A DNA stretch of 56,170 nucleotides from Thermoproteota archaeon (GCA_027491415.1 JAOZFH010000035.1:1-56170); one strand, 5' to 3'. Shown: positions 39,953 to 48,883, numbered from the stretch's first letter. Numbers and translations: made by a program. The notes: generated by a model not told the origin, from the letters alone.

Positions 39953-41230
39953 GTGAGGGGAGTGGGGACTAGGGTCGAGGGGCGCAGGGACGTCGTGGTC
40001 GTCGGGGGCGGGCCGGCCGGGATGGCCGCCGCTGCCAGGGCCGCCGAGCTGGGTCTCGACGTGTTGATGGTGGACGAGGGAGAGAGGCTCGGCGGCATAC
40101 TGCCGCAGTGCATCCACCCAGGGTTCGGCGTCCACTACCTGAGAGAGGAGCTCACCGGGCCCGAGTTCGCCCAAAGGCTGGCATCGCGCGTGGAGGACGC
40201 TGGCGTTGACGTACTGCTGGAGGCCCACGTGCCGGAGGTCAGGTGGATCTCCCACGCGGAGAAGGGCGTGCGCGTGCTCTCCCCCGGCTTCTCGGGGGAG
40301 GTGAGGGCCGGGGCGGTGATCTACGCCGCCGGGGCCAGAGAGAGGCACCGCTTCGAAATCGGGATCCTTGGGGACAGGGTGGCCGGGGTCTACACGGCCG
40401 GAGAGGCCCAGACGATGATGGACGTGTACGGTATCCTGCCGGGAAGGAGGGTGCTCGTCGTCGGCTCCGGCGACGTGGGGATGATCGTGGCAAGGAGGTT
40501 CGCCCTGGAGGGGGCCGAGGTGGTGGGAGTCGTCGAGATAATGCCCTACCCTGGCGGGCTCACGAGGAATGTGGTCCAGTGCCTAGAGGACTTCGACATA
40601 CCCCTCCTGCTGAGCCACAGGGTCGTCTCGGTCAGGGGGAGAGGGAGGGTGGAGAAAGCTGTCCTGATGAGAGTTGACGAGGGGCTGAGAGACATCCCCG
40701 GGACCGAGACGGAGGTGGAGTGCGACACGGTGGTCGTGTCGGCCGGGCTGGTACCGAGGGTGGAGGTCCTGCGAGAGCTGGGGGCGCTGATCGATCCAGC
40801 GACGGGAGGCCCGGTGGTCAACGACAGGCTGGAGACTACCGTCCCCGGCGTCTTCGCCGCAGGGAACGCCCTCGTGATAAACGATCTGGTGGATCACGCC
40901 GCCGAGCAGGGCGAGCAGGCCGCCGAGGGGGCGGCCGAGTTCCTGAGGAGAGGAGGAATCCCTGCGACCGACTGGGTGAGGCTGAGGCCGGGCGAGGGAG
41001 TCAAGCTGACGGTACCTCAACTCCTCAGCGGGGAGAGGGACGTCTGGATCTACTTGAGGGTCAACAGGCCCGTCAGGAACGCGAGACTAAGCCTCAGGGG
41101 AGCGGGCAGGGAGGTCAGGCTCCCGGTGGTCAGGCCGGCGGAAATGGTCAGGGTCAAGCTCATGGCCGGGGAGGTCAGGCGGGCTAAGGTCGGGGGCCGG
41201 GAGGTCGTGGCGGAGGTGTATAGAGGTTGA
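39953..41230 (+). CDS. NAD(P)/FAD-dependent oxidoreductase, partner of the GlpA-like subunit
   Basis: GGGPAG, LGGILPQCIHPGFG, GSGDVG and GVFAAGN motifs. Confidence 0.88.
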   Translation: MRGVGTRVEGRRDVVVVGGGPAGMAAAARAAELGLDVLMVDEGERLGGILPQCIHPGFGVHYLREELTGPEFAQRLASRVEDAGVDVLLEAHVPEVRWISHAEKGVRVLSPGFSGEVRAGAVIYAAGARERHRFEIGILGDRVAGVYTAGEAQTMMDVYGILPGRRVLVVGSGDVGMIVARRFALEGAEVVGVVEIMPYPGGLTRNVVQCLEDFDIPLLLSHRVVSVRGRGRVEKAVLMRVDEGLRDIPGTETEVECDTVVVSAGLVPRVEVLRELGALIDPATGGPVVNDRLETTVPGVFAAGNALVINDLVDHAAEQGEQAAEGAAEFLRRGGIPATDWVRLRPGEGVKLTVPQLLSGERDVWIYLRVNRPVRNARLSLRGAGREVRLPVVRPAEMVRVKLMAGEVRRAKVGGREVVAEVYRG

Positions 41231-41640
41231 CCGGTCGCGGGAAGGTCAGGAGGCTGACCTGCATCGTCTGTCCCCTGGGCTGCGAGATCGAGGTTCGGCT
41301 GGACCGCGGCCCGGGCGGAGATGTGAGGGTCCTCGAGGTCAGGGGGGCCACCTGCCCGAGGGGGAGGGAGTGGGCCGCTCAGGAGGTGACAGACCCCAGG
41401 AGGGTCGTGATCACCGTGGTGCCGGTGAGGGGCGGTGATCCGCCGACCGTGAGCGTGAAGACGGACAGGCCGATCCCCAAGTCCAGGATCCCGGAGTTCA
41501 TGAGGGCCCTGGCCGGGCTGGAGGTGGAGGCGCCCGTGAGGGTGGGTCAGGTCCTCGCCAAGGACGTGCTCGACCTGGCGAACGTGGTGGCGACCAGGGA
41601 GTCAAGATCGATGGGGAGGAGTTTCGGAGAGAGGCCGTGA
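41227..41640 (+). CDS. DUF1667 family small Fe-S protein
   Basis: TCIVCPLGC...GATCPRG...SVKTDRPIPK. Confidence 0.88.
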   Translation: MTGRGKVRRLTCIVCPLGCEIEVRLDRGPGGDVRVLEVRGATCPRGREWAAQEVTDPRRVVITVVPVRGGDPPTVSVKTDRPIPKSRIPEFMRALAGLEVEAPVRVGQVLAKDVLDLANVVATRESRSMGRSFGERP

Positions 41641-41830
41641 GGTCCCCTGCGGCCTACCACCTACCCTACCCCACGAACGGGGAACCGGGAGTATGGGGAT
41701 CACGATTCCCGATCTGAGGCAGAGGAAGTAGCCCCAGGCCGGATGGGCATCCGTGCTCGAGAGGCCCCCTCCCGCCCTATCCAGACAAGGGTGCAACGCG
41801 TCGGCGGTCTTCGGCGTCTCAGTGAGCACG

Positions 41831-41862
41831 TCAGTACGAACCTGCGAGAAACCGTGTTATCA
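41831..41862 (+). promoter_or_regulatory. Conserved upstream motif plus TATA-like box of precursor gene 1
   Basis: TCAGTACGAA begins 70 nt before ATG 41901; TGTTATCA at +24. Confidence 0.6.
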
Positions 41863-41900
41863 ACGGGCGAGGATCCCCGCGCAGGTCCGGGTGGTTGAGC

Positions 41901-42017
41901 ATGGCCGTACTCTCCGCGTTCTTCGGGCTCGGCGCGGAGGACCTCAGAGCCTCCGTGGCCGTCGCCTCCTGCTCGGCCTGCTGCCTGGCGGGCGGAGGGG
42001 GGACCCTCATCGCCTAG
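41901..42017 (+). CDS. RiPP precursor peptide 1 (38 aa; not in ORF track)
   Basis: MAVLSAFFGLGAEDLRASVAVASCSACCLAGGGGTLIA*; paralog of precursor 2; T-run after the stop. Confidence 0.85.
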   Translation: MAVLSAFFGLGAEDLRASVAVASCSACCLAGGGGTLIA

Positions 42018-42106
42018 GCCCCTCCACCTGCCACCTTTTTCTCGATAAATCCGGCTTCTTTCAGCCAATGGAGTAAGATTCGACCATTTATGGATATGTT
42101 ATCACC

Positions 42107-42138
42107 TCAGTACGAATCTACGGATCATGATTTTTACA
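42107..42138 (+). promoter_or_regulatory. Conserved upstream motif plus TATA-like box of precursor gene 2
   Basis: TCAGTACGAA begins 70 nt before ATG 42177; TTTTTACA at +24. Confidence 0.6.
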
Positions 42139-42176
42139 TCATACTGGCCGGAGCCTCAGCCCAAGGGGTGAGGTGT

Positions 42177-42296
42177 ATGGCGAGCGTCCTGGGCGAGTGG
42201 AGGGATGTGAGCGCCGCCGACATCGGCGACGGCGTGACGGCCTGGCCCTGCGCCTTCTGCTGCCTCCTGGCTGGAGGGGGCACCCTAATCACCTGA
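42177..42296 (+). CDS. RiPP precursor peptide 2 (39 aa)
   Basis: MASVLGEWRDVSAADIGDGVTAWPCAFCCLLAGGGTLIT*; strong SD GAGGTG; directly upstream of the rSAM gene. Confidence 0.88.
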   Translation: MASVLGEWRDVSAADIGDGVTAWPCAFCCLLAGGGTLIT

Positions 42297-42333
42297 GGGT
42301 CCCTCTCTCCTCATTTTTTGGGCGTGAGCGGGG

Positions 42334-43743
42334 GTGTTCGGCGTGTCTAGGCCGGTCCTGAAGCCGTTCGTCGGGATCAGGAGAGAGAATTTCGGGGTGA
42401 TCCTCTACAGAGGAGGCTCCGACCAGATTCAGGCGGTCCACCCAGTCGCCGCGTACGTGCTCACCCTCATGGACGGGAGGAGGACGCTGAGGGAGATCGC
42501 GGAGGCCTTGGCGAGGGAGCTCGGCAGGGGCGTCATGGACGCCATGGAGATAGTCGAGGTGGTTCTGGACAGATACGCGGACTACGTCGATCTCGAGGGC
42601 TCCCACGTCAAGGACCTTCCGAGCCCGGAGGAGCTGCTCGAAGGAGTACCGGCTGAGATCCCCCCGGAGGAGGCCCTCCTCGGCAGGCTCAGCGCTCCGA
42701 CGGGCTTCGGCTACATCGTGACCCACGCCTGCCCCAACAGGTGCAGGTACTGCTACGCCGCCGCCTGGAGGAGGACGAGGCTCGAGGACGACCTGGTCCC
42801 CCTGGACGTGATCCTCAGGACCGTGGACGAGGCGGCGGACGTGGGGGTCAAGACGATCCTCATGACCGGCGGGGAGCCCTTCATGAGGCCCGACCTGGTG
42901 GACATAGTCGAGCGGGGCCTGAAGAGGGACATCTTCGTCTACATACCAACCAAGTCGCTGATAACCGAGGAGAAGGCCAGGAGGCTCAGCGAGGCCGGCC
43001 TGGGCTGGATCCAGGTGAGCATAGACTCGCCAAATCCGGAGACCGAGGACTTCCTCGTGGGGCCCGGGGCCCACGCGAGGCTGACGACCACGGTCAGGAA
43101 CCTGGTCAGGCACGGAATCGACGTGAGGGTCAACTCCGTCGTCACCTCTTACAACGTCAGGGAGGTTCCGAGGCTGATCGAGTGGCTCTACGAGATGGGG
43201 GTCAGCAGGATCTCCCTCTCACCGTATCAGTCCCCACACGACGTGGTCGACGACGACCTCTTCCCCTCGGTGGGGGACTACGCCTGGCTGCTGGACAGGA
43301 TCGAGGAGCTGCCGAGGCACCTGAGGGACGCGCTCGACCCGGCCGGAATACGGGCGATAGAGAACGCCGTGAGGGTCAACAGAGACGAGCTGGAGGACGT
43401 GGAGGCCCTGAGGAAGTGCTCCGCGGGAAGGAGTTCCCTCGTAATACTGCCGGACGGCAGGGTCTCGTTCTGCGAGAGGGTGGCGCTGGACGAGAGGTTC
43501 GTCGTGGGAGACCTGAGGAGGCAGTCTCTCATGGATATATGGAGGTCGGAGAGGCTGGAGAGGCTGGTGTATCCACCGAGGGAGCTTTTCTCCGGCACGG
43601 CGTGCCACGACTGCCCCATCTTCGACGAGTGCACCAGGCTGGGGAAGAGGTGCTACGTGAGGGCCATGGACGCCTACGGGGAGCCCTTCGCCCCGGACCC
43701 GATATGCCCGGCCGCGCCGCGGGTGGAGGGCAGGTTCGTGTGA
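42334..43743 (+). CDS. PqqD/RRE-containing radical SAM/SPASM peptide maturase
   Basis: N-terminal VAAYVLTLMDGRRTLREIAEAL (PqqD-like); CPNRCRYC; TGGEP; SPASM CSAG...PDGRVSFC...CHDC...C...C...DPIC. Confidence 0.92.
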   Translation: MFGVSRPVLKPFVGIRRENFGVILYRGGSDQIQAVHPVAAYVLTLMDGRRTLREIAEALARELGRGVMDAMEIVEVVLDRYADYVDLEGSHVKDLPSPEELLEGVPAEIPPEEALLGRLSAPTGFGYIVTHACPNRCRYCYAAAWRRTRLEDDLVPLDVILRTVDEAADVGVKTILMTGGEPFMRPDLVDIVERGLKRDIFVYIPTKSLITEEKARRLSEAGLGWIQVSIDSPNPETEDFLVGPGAHARLTTTVRNLVRHGIDVRVNSVVTSYNVREVPRLIEWLYEMGVSRISLSPYQSPHDVVDDDLFPSVGDYAWLLDRIEELPRHLRDALDPAGIRAIENAVRVNRDELEDVEALRKCSAGRSSLVILPDGRVSFCERVALDERFVVGDLRRQSLMDIWRSERLERLVYPPRELFSGTACHDCPIFDECTRLGKRCYVRAMDAYGEPFAPDPICPAAPRVEGRFV

Positions 43744-44741
43744 CGGGGGTGGGCGAGGTGGCGTCGGGCGTCGCGCGCGACGCGGTGATCGCCGAGAACC
43801 TGGTCAAGTACTACGGAGACTTCAAGGCGCTCGACGGCGTCTCCCTGAGGGTCGAGAGGGGAGAGGTCGTGGCCCTGCTGGGCCCCAACGGGGCTGGGAA
43901 GACCACCACCATCGGCATACTCTGCGGCCTCATGTCCGCGGACGCCGGCAGGGCCTTCGTCCTAGGGGTGCCGTCGACCGACAAGGATGGGGTGAGCAGG
44001 CTGATCTCCTACGCCCCGCAGGAGACGGCCCTTGACTACCTGATGAGCGTGGAGGACAACCTGAAGTTCATCGGCTGGCTGAGGGGGCTGAGAGGCGGGC
44101 GGCTCAGGGAGCGAATCGAGTGGGCGCTGAGGGAGTTCGGCCTCCTCGAGAAGAGGAGAATCCCGGTCATAGCGCTCTCAGGTGGGCTGATGAGGAGGGT
44201 CCAGCTGGCCGGGGCCCTCATGCTGGAGCGCGAGGTGCTGGTGCTGGACGAGCCCACCCTCGGGCTTGACCCCATGGGCAAGATGACCGTCTGGCAGATG
44301 GTCAGGGAGAGGGCCAGGAGGGGGGCGGCCGTGCTGGTCGCCACCAACGACATGCACGAGGCCGAGGTGCTCGCGGACAGGATAGCCTTCCTCAACAGGG
44401 GCAGGATCGTCGCCTTCGACACGGCCGACAGGCTCAAGGCCCTGTCCGGTAGCTCCTACCTGAGGCTGCGGCTGGAGCCCGGCTGGGAAGACCTGGTCAG
44501 TGCGCCCCGGGGGGCGAGGGTCCTCGGGGACGGGTGGATCGAGGTCGAGTACCGCGAGCCGGGAGAGGTGGCCGAGATCGTGGCGTCGCTCTCCGGCGCG
44601 AGGATCCTCGACATGAGGCTGAGGGGGCCCACCCTGGACGACGTGTTCAGGAAGCTGGCGACCGAGTCGGAGACGGTTCCAGAGGGCGACGGGGCGGGCG
44701 TGAGAGTGGTGGCCGAGGTCGGGCCACCGGCCGGGGGGTGA
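43740..44741 (+). CDS. ABC exporter ATP-binding subunit
   Basis: GPNGAGKTT, LSGG, LDEPT and PTLDDVF motifs; GTG start overlaps the rSAM stop. Confidence 0.92.
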   Translation: MTGVGEVASGVARDAVIAENLVKYYGDFKALDGVSLRVERGEVVALLGPNGAGKTTTIGILCGLMSADAGRAFVLGVPSTDKDGVSRLISYAPQETALDYLMSVEDNLKFIGWLRGLRGGRLRERIEWALREFGLLEKRRIPVIALSGGLMRRVQLAGALMLEREVLVLDEPTLGLDPMGKMTVWQMVRERARRGAAVLVATNDMHEAEVLADRIAFLNRGRIVAFDTADRLKALSGSSYLRLRLEPGWEDLVSAPRGARVLGDGWIEVEYREPGEVAEIVASLSGARILDMRLRGPTLDDVFRKLATESETVPEGDGAGVRVVAEVGPPAGG

Positions 44742-44745
44742 TGCC

Positions 44746-45492
44746 GTGCTCGCGCCGCTGATCTGGAGGGAGTTCAAGATCCACTCCAGCAAGGCCCTGG
44801 CCCTGAACCACCTGCTCGGCCCCACCTCCTACCTGGTGTTCCTGGGGCTCAGCATATCCTTCAACTTCGGGACCGTGCCCTACCAAGGCATGGCGGTGAG
44901 CTACCTGCACTTCATAATCCCCGGGCTCATAGCGATCCAGACGTACCAGCTCTTCGCCACGACCTTCTCCCTCACCAGGCTGGACATCTCCACCAAGATG
45001 ATCACGCTGATCATGACCTCCACGAGCTTCGTGAACTACATGGTCGCGAAGATAGCCTTCGGCATGCTAGTCTCGCTCGCGACGTCCGCGTACCTCCTGG
45101 GGCTGGGCTGGGTCATCGCCGGCCCCACGGAGGTCACGCCGGCTGGACTCCTGACGATGGTCGCGGGGATAGCGCTGGGGGACTTGCTCTTCTTCTCACT
45201 CGGGCTGCTCATGGGCCTCAGGATAAGGAGGGAGGACGTGAGAGACGCCATCTTCGCCCTGGCGGGAACGCCGGCGCTCTTCTCCAGTACGGCCTTCTAC
45301 CCCATGGACAGGGTGCCGGCGCCCCTCCGGCTGGTGGCCAGGCTGAACCCCATATCCCACATAGCAGACATCGTGAGGGCTGGCTACCTGAACGCGAGCC
45401 CCGACCCGCTGACCTGCCTCCTGCTAGCGGCCTACGTGGCCGCCGCCGTGGGCGTTACGTACAGGGCCGTGAGGCGGTTCGTCGTCAGGTGA
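44746..45492 (+). CDS. ABC-2 type permease
   Basis: YLHFIIPG, FSSTAFYP and LNPISH motifs; 6 TMs. Confidence 0.9.
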   Translation: MLAPLIWREFKIHSSKALALNHLLGPTSYLVFLGLSISFNFGTVPYQGMAVSYLHFIIPGLIAIQTYQLFATTFSLTRLDISTKMITLIMTSTSFVNYMVAKIAFGMLVSLATSAYLLGLGWVIAGPTEVTPAGLLTMVAGIALGDLLFFSLGLLMGLRIRREDVRDAIFALAGTPALFSSTAFYPMDRVPAPLRLVARLNPISHIADIVRAGYLNASPDPLTCLLLAAYVAAAVGVTYRAVRRFVVR

Positions 45493-45521
45493 GCGCCCGC
45501 GGCGCAACACTTTTATTTGAT

Positions 45522-45539
45522 CAATCAATCGATTGATTG
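45522..45539. promoter_or_regulatory. Perfect 18-bp palindrome, probable operator
   Basis: CAATCAATCGATTGATTG immediately after the TTTTATT box at 45511. Confidence 0.65.
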
Positions 45540-46579
45540 TGCAGGGTGGGGACGACCTCAGGGACGCCGGGAGGATAGTGAGGCACCTGCTGTTCAACAG
45601 CCTCGATGTGGAGTCCCTGAGCATCCGGGGGATGGAGAGGGCGCTGGGCATACCCTTCTCCAGGCTCAGGCGACTGCTCAGGTGGCTCCAGAGTGAGGGA
45701 GTAGTCGTGGGATATCAGGTGGGCACCTCGATGGCCTTCAGGGTACTAGACCTCGAGAGGGCCGTTCACCTCGGCCTGGTGAGCCTGTCCACGGAGGACC
45801 TGGAGAGGGCCGTGTACGGCTCCATGGCGCTGCCGGCCTCGGTCAGGGGCATGGTGCGCGACGACCTCACCCTCAAGTTCCTGCCAGCGTCCAGCGACCT
45901 GCCGGGGCCCTACCTCGCGGCGATAGGGGACCTGAGGAGGAGGTGGGACCTCCTCTACCAGGCGGCCAGGAGGGCCTTCACGGGCGGGGACGGGGAGAGG
46001 GTGGGGCAGACGGGTCGAAGGGGGGCCGACGGCATGGAGGCCAGCCTGAGGCTCCTGGGGAGGGATTTCGTGTCCAAGGCGGGCCTCATCCCCCTCCTGT
46101 ACCTCGTGGCCGTCAGGCAGCTCAAGGTCCCTGTGGAGGTTGAGCTCGACGAGGACGACATAGAGGGCATGCTGCACAGGCTCAGGGTCGAGGCCGGCGT
46201 CGGGGAGGACGAGGTGAGGCTCCTGAGGTACTTTCCCTCCCTGGACCCCATAGCCCTGTTCGCGAGGGACGTGGTCATGGAGCTCGGGGTTCCCGAGGAG
46301 GTGAGCGAGGAGGAGCTCAGGCGGGCTGTCTCCAGGGTGGCGGAGAAGTACCTCCGCCTCCTGCTGAAGTTCTCCCGCGGGAGGCACCCGTCCAGGGAGG
46401 CCCGGCTCGTGGAGGCGCTTACCCTCAGGCACGGGGCCCTGTTCGGCATACTGACCGGGGCCCCGGCGGATCTCGTGAGTGAGTGCCTCTCCAGGGCGAG
46501 CGAGCTGGAGGAGGGGTCGAACTCAGGGGAGGGGAGGTTGAGGTCGTTGGGGAGGTGTGGGGATGCTCGAGCTGGCTGA
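45533..46579 (+). CDS. Hypothetical protein with N-terminal winged HTH (start uncertain)
   Basis: LSIRGMERALGIPFSRLRRLLRWLQSEGVV. Confidence 0.65.
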   Translation: MIVQGGDDLRDAGRIVRHLLFNSLDVESLSIRGMERALGIPFSRLRRLLRWLQSEGVVVGYQVGTSMAFRVLDLERAVHLGLVSLSTEDLERAVYGSMALPASVRGMVRDDLTLKFLPASSDLPGPYLAAIGDLRRRWDLLYQAARRAFTGGDGERVGQTGRRGADGMEASLRLLGRDFVSKAGLIPLLYLVAVRQLKVPVEVELDEDDIEGMLHRLRVEAGVGEDEVRLLRYFPSLDPIALFARDVVMELGVPEEVSEEELRRAVSRVAEKYLRLLLKFSRGRHPSREARLVEALTLRHGALFGILTGAPADLVSECLSRASELEEGSNSGEGRLRSLGRCGDARAG

Positions 46580-46901
46580 GCCCCCCGTCGCGGATGCTGA
46601 GGCCGTGTTCTCCCTCAGGAGGAGTAGGGTAAGGAGGGAGGTCCTCTCCTTCCTGGCCAGGATACACCCGAGGGCCTCCTACCCCAGCGAGATAGCCAGG
46701 GCGATAAACGCCAGGGCTGACCAGGTCCTCGCGGCGCTGAGGGGCTACGGGACCAGGTACAGGAGGGACATATCCCTCCTCGGGCTCGGACTCGTGAGGG
46801 AGGTCGGGAGGGGACCCAAGCTCACCCTCTACGCCGCCACCGAGAAGGGGGTCAGGGTGGTCGCCTACCTGAACATGGTCGAGTACAACCTCTCCCAGTG
46901 A
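46557..46901 (+). CDS. EarA/DUF1495-like winged-HTH transcription factor
   Basis: SLRRSRVRREVL...YPSEIAR...ALRGYGTRY...SLLGLGLV...TEKG. Confidence 0.75.
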   Translation: MGMLELAEPPVADAEAVFSLRRSRVRREVLSFLARIHPRASYPSEIARAINARADQVLAALRGYGTRYRRDISLLGLGLVREVGRGPKLTLYAATEKGVRVVAYLNMVEYNLSQ

Positions 46902-47181
46902 GAACCGCCCGAAAGGGCCGACGAAGTACATCCAGCATCCACACACGGCACAGTTCTTCCCCCCTCGGCTTCCCGCCGCCGTCCTGGGGCTGATGTGGCC
47001 CTCCGCCCAGCCGCGTGCGCCTCACCGCGCGGCCCCCGGGTTACCTGCGGGCCACGAGCTCAGGGGGGGTCGGTGGGGGGCCGGGCCAGGATCTCAAGGG
47101 GGCCCGAGGGGAGCGGGAGGCAGCGGCGCCGCCCTTATAACAGGGGGGCGGGAGGGCGTCGCCTGTCACCGGTCTCGGGAG

Positions 47182-48318
47182 ATGGCGTGGATGATGGTTG
47201 GCCTGAAGGAGCTCCTCCTCGGCGCGGCTTCGGCGCTCGTCCTCGTTGGGGTGCTCGCCTGCTCGCTGCTGTGCATCCCGTGGCACCTGCTGCCGGACTC
47301 TGGGGCCTTGCCCGCCGTTCTGGGCCTGGCGGCAGCCCTCGGCGCGGCCGCCGCGGGGAGGGCCCGCGGCGGGGTCAGGGTGGCCGCCTGGCTGGCGGCG
47401 GTCACCCTGGCCGCGCTCTCACTCGCCGCGGTCGGCTCGACGCTCGGGTTCAGGGTGGTCCCGAACTCGCCGTACGCGTCCGCAACCCTCGCGGACGTGC
47501 CCTGCGACAGTCCCCTGATCTTGAACGTGACGGCGGTCCCGTTCCACGTCAACGTCCAGCCCTGGGGTGGTGAGGGCGTGTCTGTGGTGATCGAGGCCCC
47601 CTCAAACCTGGTCGAGGAGGTGGAGAGGAGTGTTACCATCTCGCACGCCGTTGATCCGTCCGACGGCATCCTCCACCTGCGGATCCAGAGCGAGTACAGG
47701 AGGCCCATCGCGATCGGGTGGCTCGCCCTCTCCCCGCCCGAGCTGACGCTCAGGGTGATGGTTCCTTGGGCTGGCGGCTGCAGGGTGCTGCGGGCGTACA
47801 TATACACCGTGAGCGGAGACGTGGCCGTGCGTGTGGACGTCGATCTGTTATCCGTCCAGAGCGTCCACGGGAGCCTGAACCTCTCGGGGGATTTCGGGGT
47901 CCTGGAGGCCGAGACCGTCAGCGGCGGCGTCTTCCTGAGCGGAGGGGTGCTGCGCGGCGGGACCGTGAGGTCGACCAGCGGCGACGTGAGGGGGGAGGTC
48001 CTGGCCGCCGCAGGGGCCCTCGGCTCAGCGGGCGCAGGCGGCACCCTCTACCTGAGTACGACGAGCGGGGACATAGAGGTCGAGATCTCGAGGGAAGAGG
48101 ACGTCCACCTGGAGATCTACGCCAGCACGACGAGCGGGCGCGCGACCCTGATGGAGGACGGTGGCGGCTCGGGAGGCGGCCTCGACGTCGCGGTCATCTC
48201 CGAGGGTGAGGTCAGGGGGAGCGTCGGGCCCCCCGGGGGACGAGAGTTCAGGCTCGTGGCCGAGACAACCAGCGGCGACGTAACCATAAGGTACGCCGGG
48301 GTCTGGCGGGCCGGGTAG
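47182..48318 (+). CDS. Membrane protein with DUF4097 beta-strand repeats
   Basis: TMs followed by repeated TVSGDV/TVSGGV/STSGDV/TTSGDI. Confidence 0.8.
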   Translation: MAWMMVGLKELLLGAASALVLVGVLACSLLCIPWHLLPDSGALPAVLGLAAALGAAAAGRARGGVRVAAWLAAVTLAALSLAAVGSTLGFRVVPNSPYASATLADVPCDSPLILNVTAVPFHVNVQPWGGEGVSVVIEAPSNLVEEVERSVTISHAVDPSDGILHLRIQSEYRRPIAIGWLALSPPELTLRVMVPWAGGCRVLRAYIYTVSGDVAVRVDVDLLSVQSVHGSLNLSGDFGVLEAETVSGGVFLSGGVLRGGTVRSTSGDVRGEVLAAAGALGSAGAGGTLYLSTTSGDIEVEISREEDVHLEIYASTTSGRATLMEDGGGSGGGLDVAVISEGEVRGSVGPPGGREFRLVAETTSGDVTIRYAGVWRAG

Positions 48319-48387
48319 GTCTGGGGCGCATTCCGCCCGCCCCGGTGGGAGGGCGGAGAGCGTAATTTCCGACGGCGGCCGCCCGCC

Positions 48388-48864
48388 GTGCGCGCCCTTG
48401 ATGGTACCACTCCACACCTCGCCAGGCTCGAGGCGATCTACCTGCTGGCCCTGGCGGTCGCGGCCTCCGGCTCGGGCGGGCAGCCCCGCCCCGCGGCTCG
48501 GGCAGGGGTCCCGAGGACCGATGCGGCGTTGGAGGAGTTCGCGTCGTGGTCCTCTTCAGCGCTCCTGACCCTGGCGCTGGCCGTGATCCACCCCCTCCTG
48601 GCCCTGGCGCCGACCGTCTCGGTCGCCCTGTCCTCGGCCTGCGCCCCGTTCTCGAAGGGCGTTGCGGGCACGGTCGCCCTGGGGAGGTTGGCCGGCTCCC
48701 AGCTCATACTGCTGGTGGCCTCCATGGGCCTTGCGGAGAGGGCCAGGCAGGTCTCACCCGGGCCCGGGGCCGGGGGAGTGGCGGAGAGGTGGCGCTCCAC
48801 GGTCGAGTTCCTGAGGGGGGATACCGACGGTACTCGCGGCCTCCCTGATCCCCTCCCTCCTTGA
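48388..48864 (+). CDS. Hypothetical membrane protein, possibly degraded
   Basis: Hydrophobic segments; weak support. Confidence 0.35.
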   Translation: MRALDGTTPHLARLEAIYLLALAVAASGSGGQPRPAARAGVPRTDAALEEFASWSSSALLTLALAVIHPLLALAPTVSVALSSACAPFSKGVAGTVALGRLAGSQLILLVASMGLAERARQVSPGPGAGGVAERWRSTVEFLRGDTDGTRGLPDPLPP

Positions 48865-48883
48865 GGCGGCGGGGGCGTGACCC

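Noticed and set aside
38761-40113. Long antisense ORFs such as 38761..40113, 9736..11100 and 2914..3945
   Set aside because: They are shadows of real genes caused by high GC3.
42741-43739. Apparent 666-aa ABC fusion
   Set aside because: The N-terminal half is an alternative frame of the rSAM gene; the ATPase starts at GTG 43740.
46907-46918. GCCC-GAAA-GGGC hairpin as part of a hammerhead ribozyme
   Set aside because: There is no correctly placed CTGANGA core; it is just a GNRA hairpin after a stop codon.
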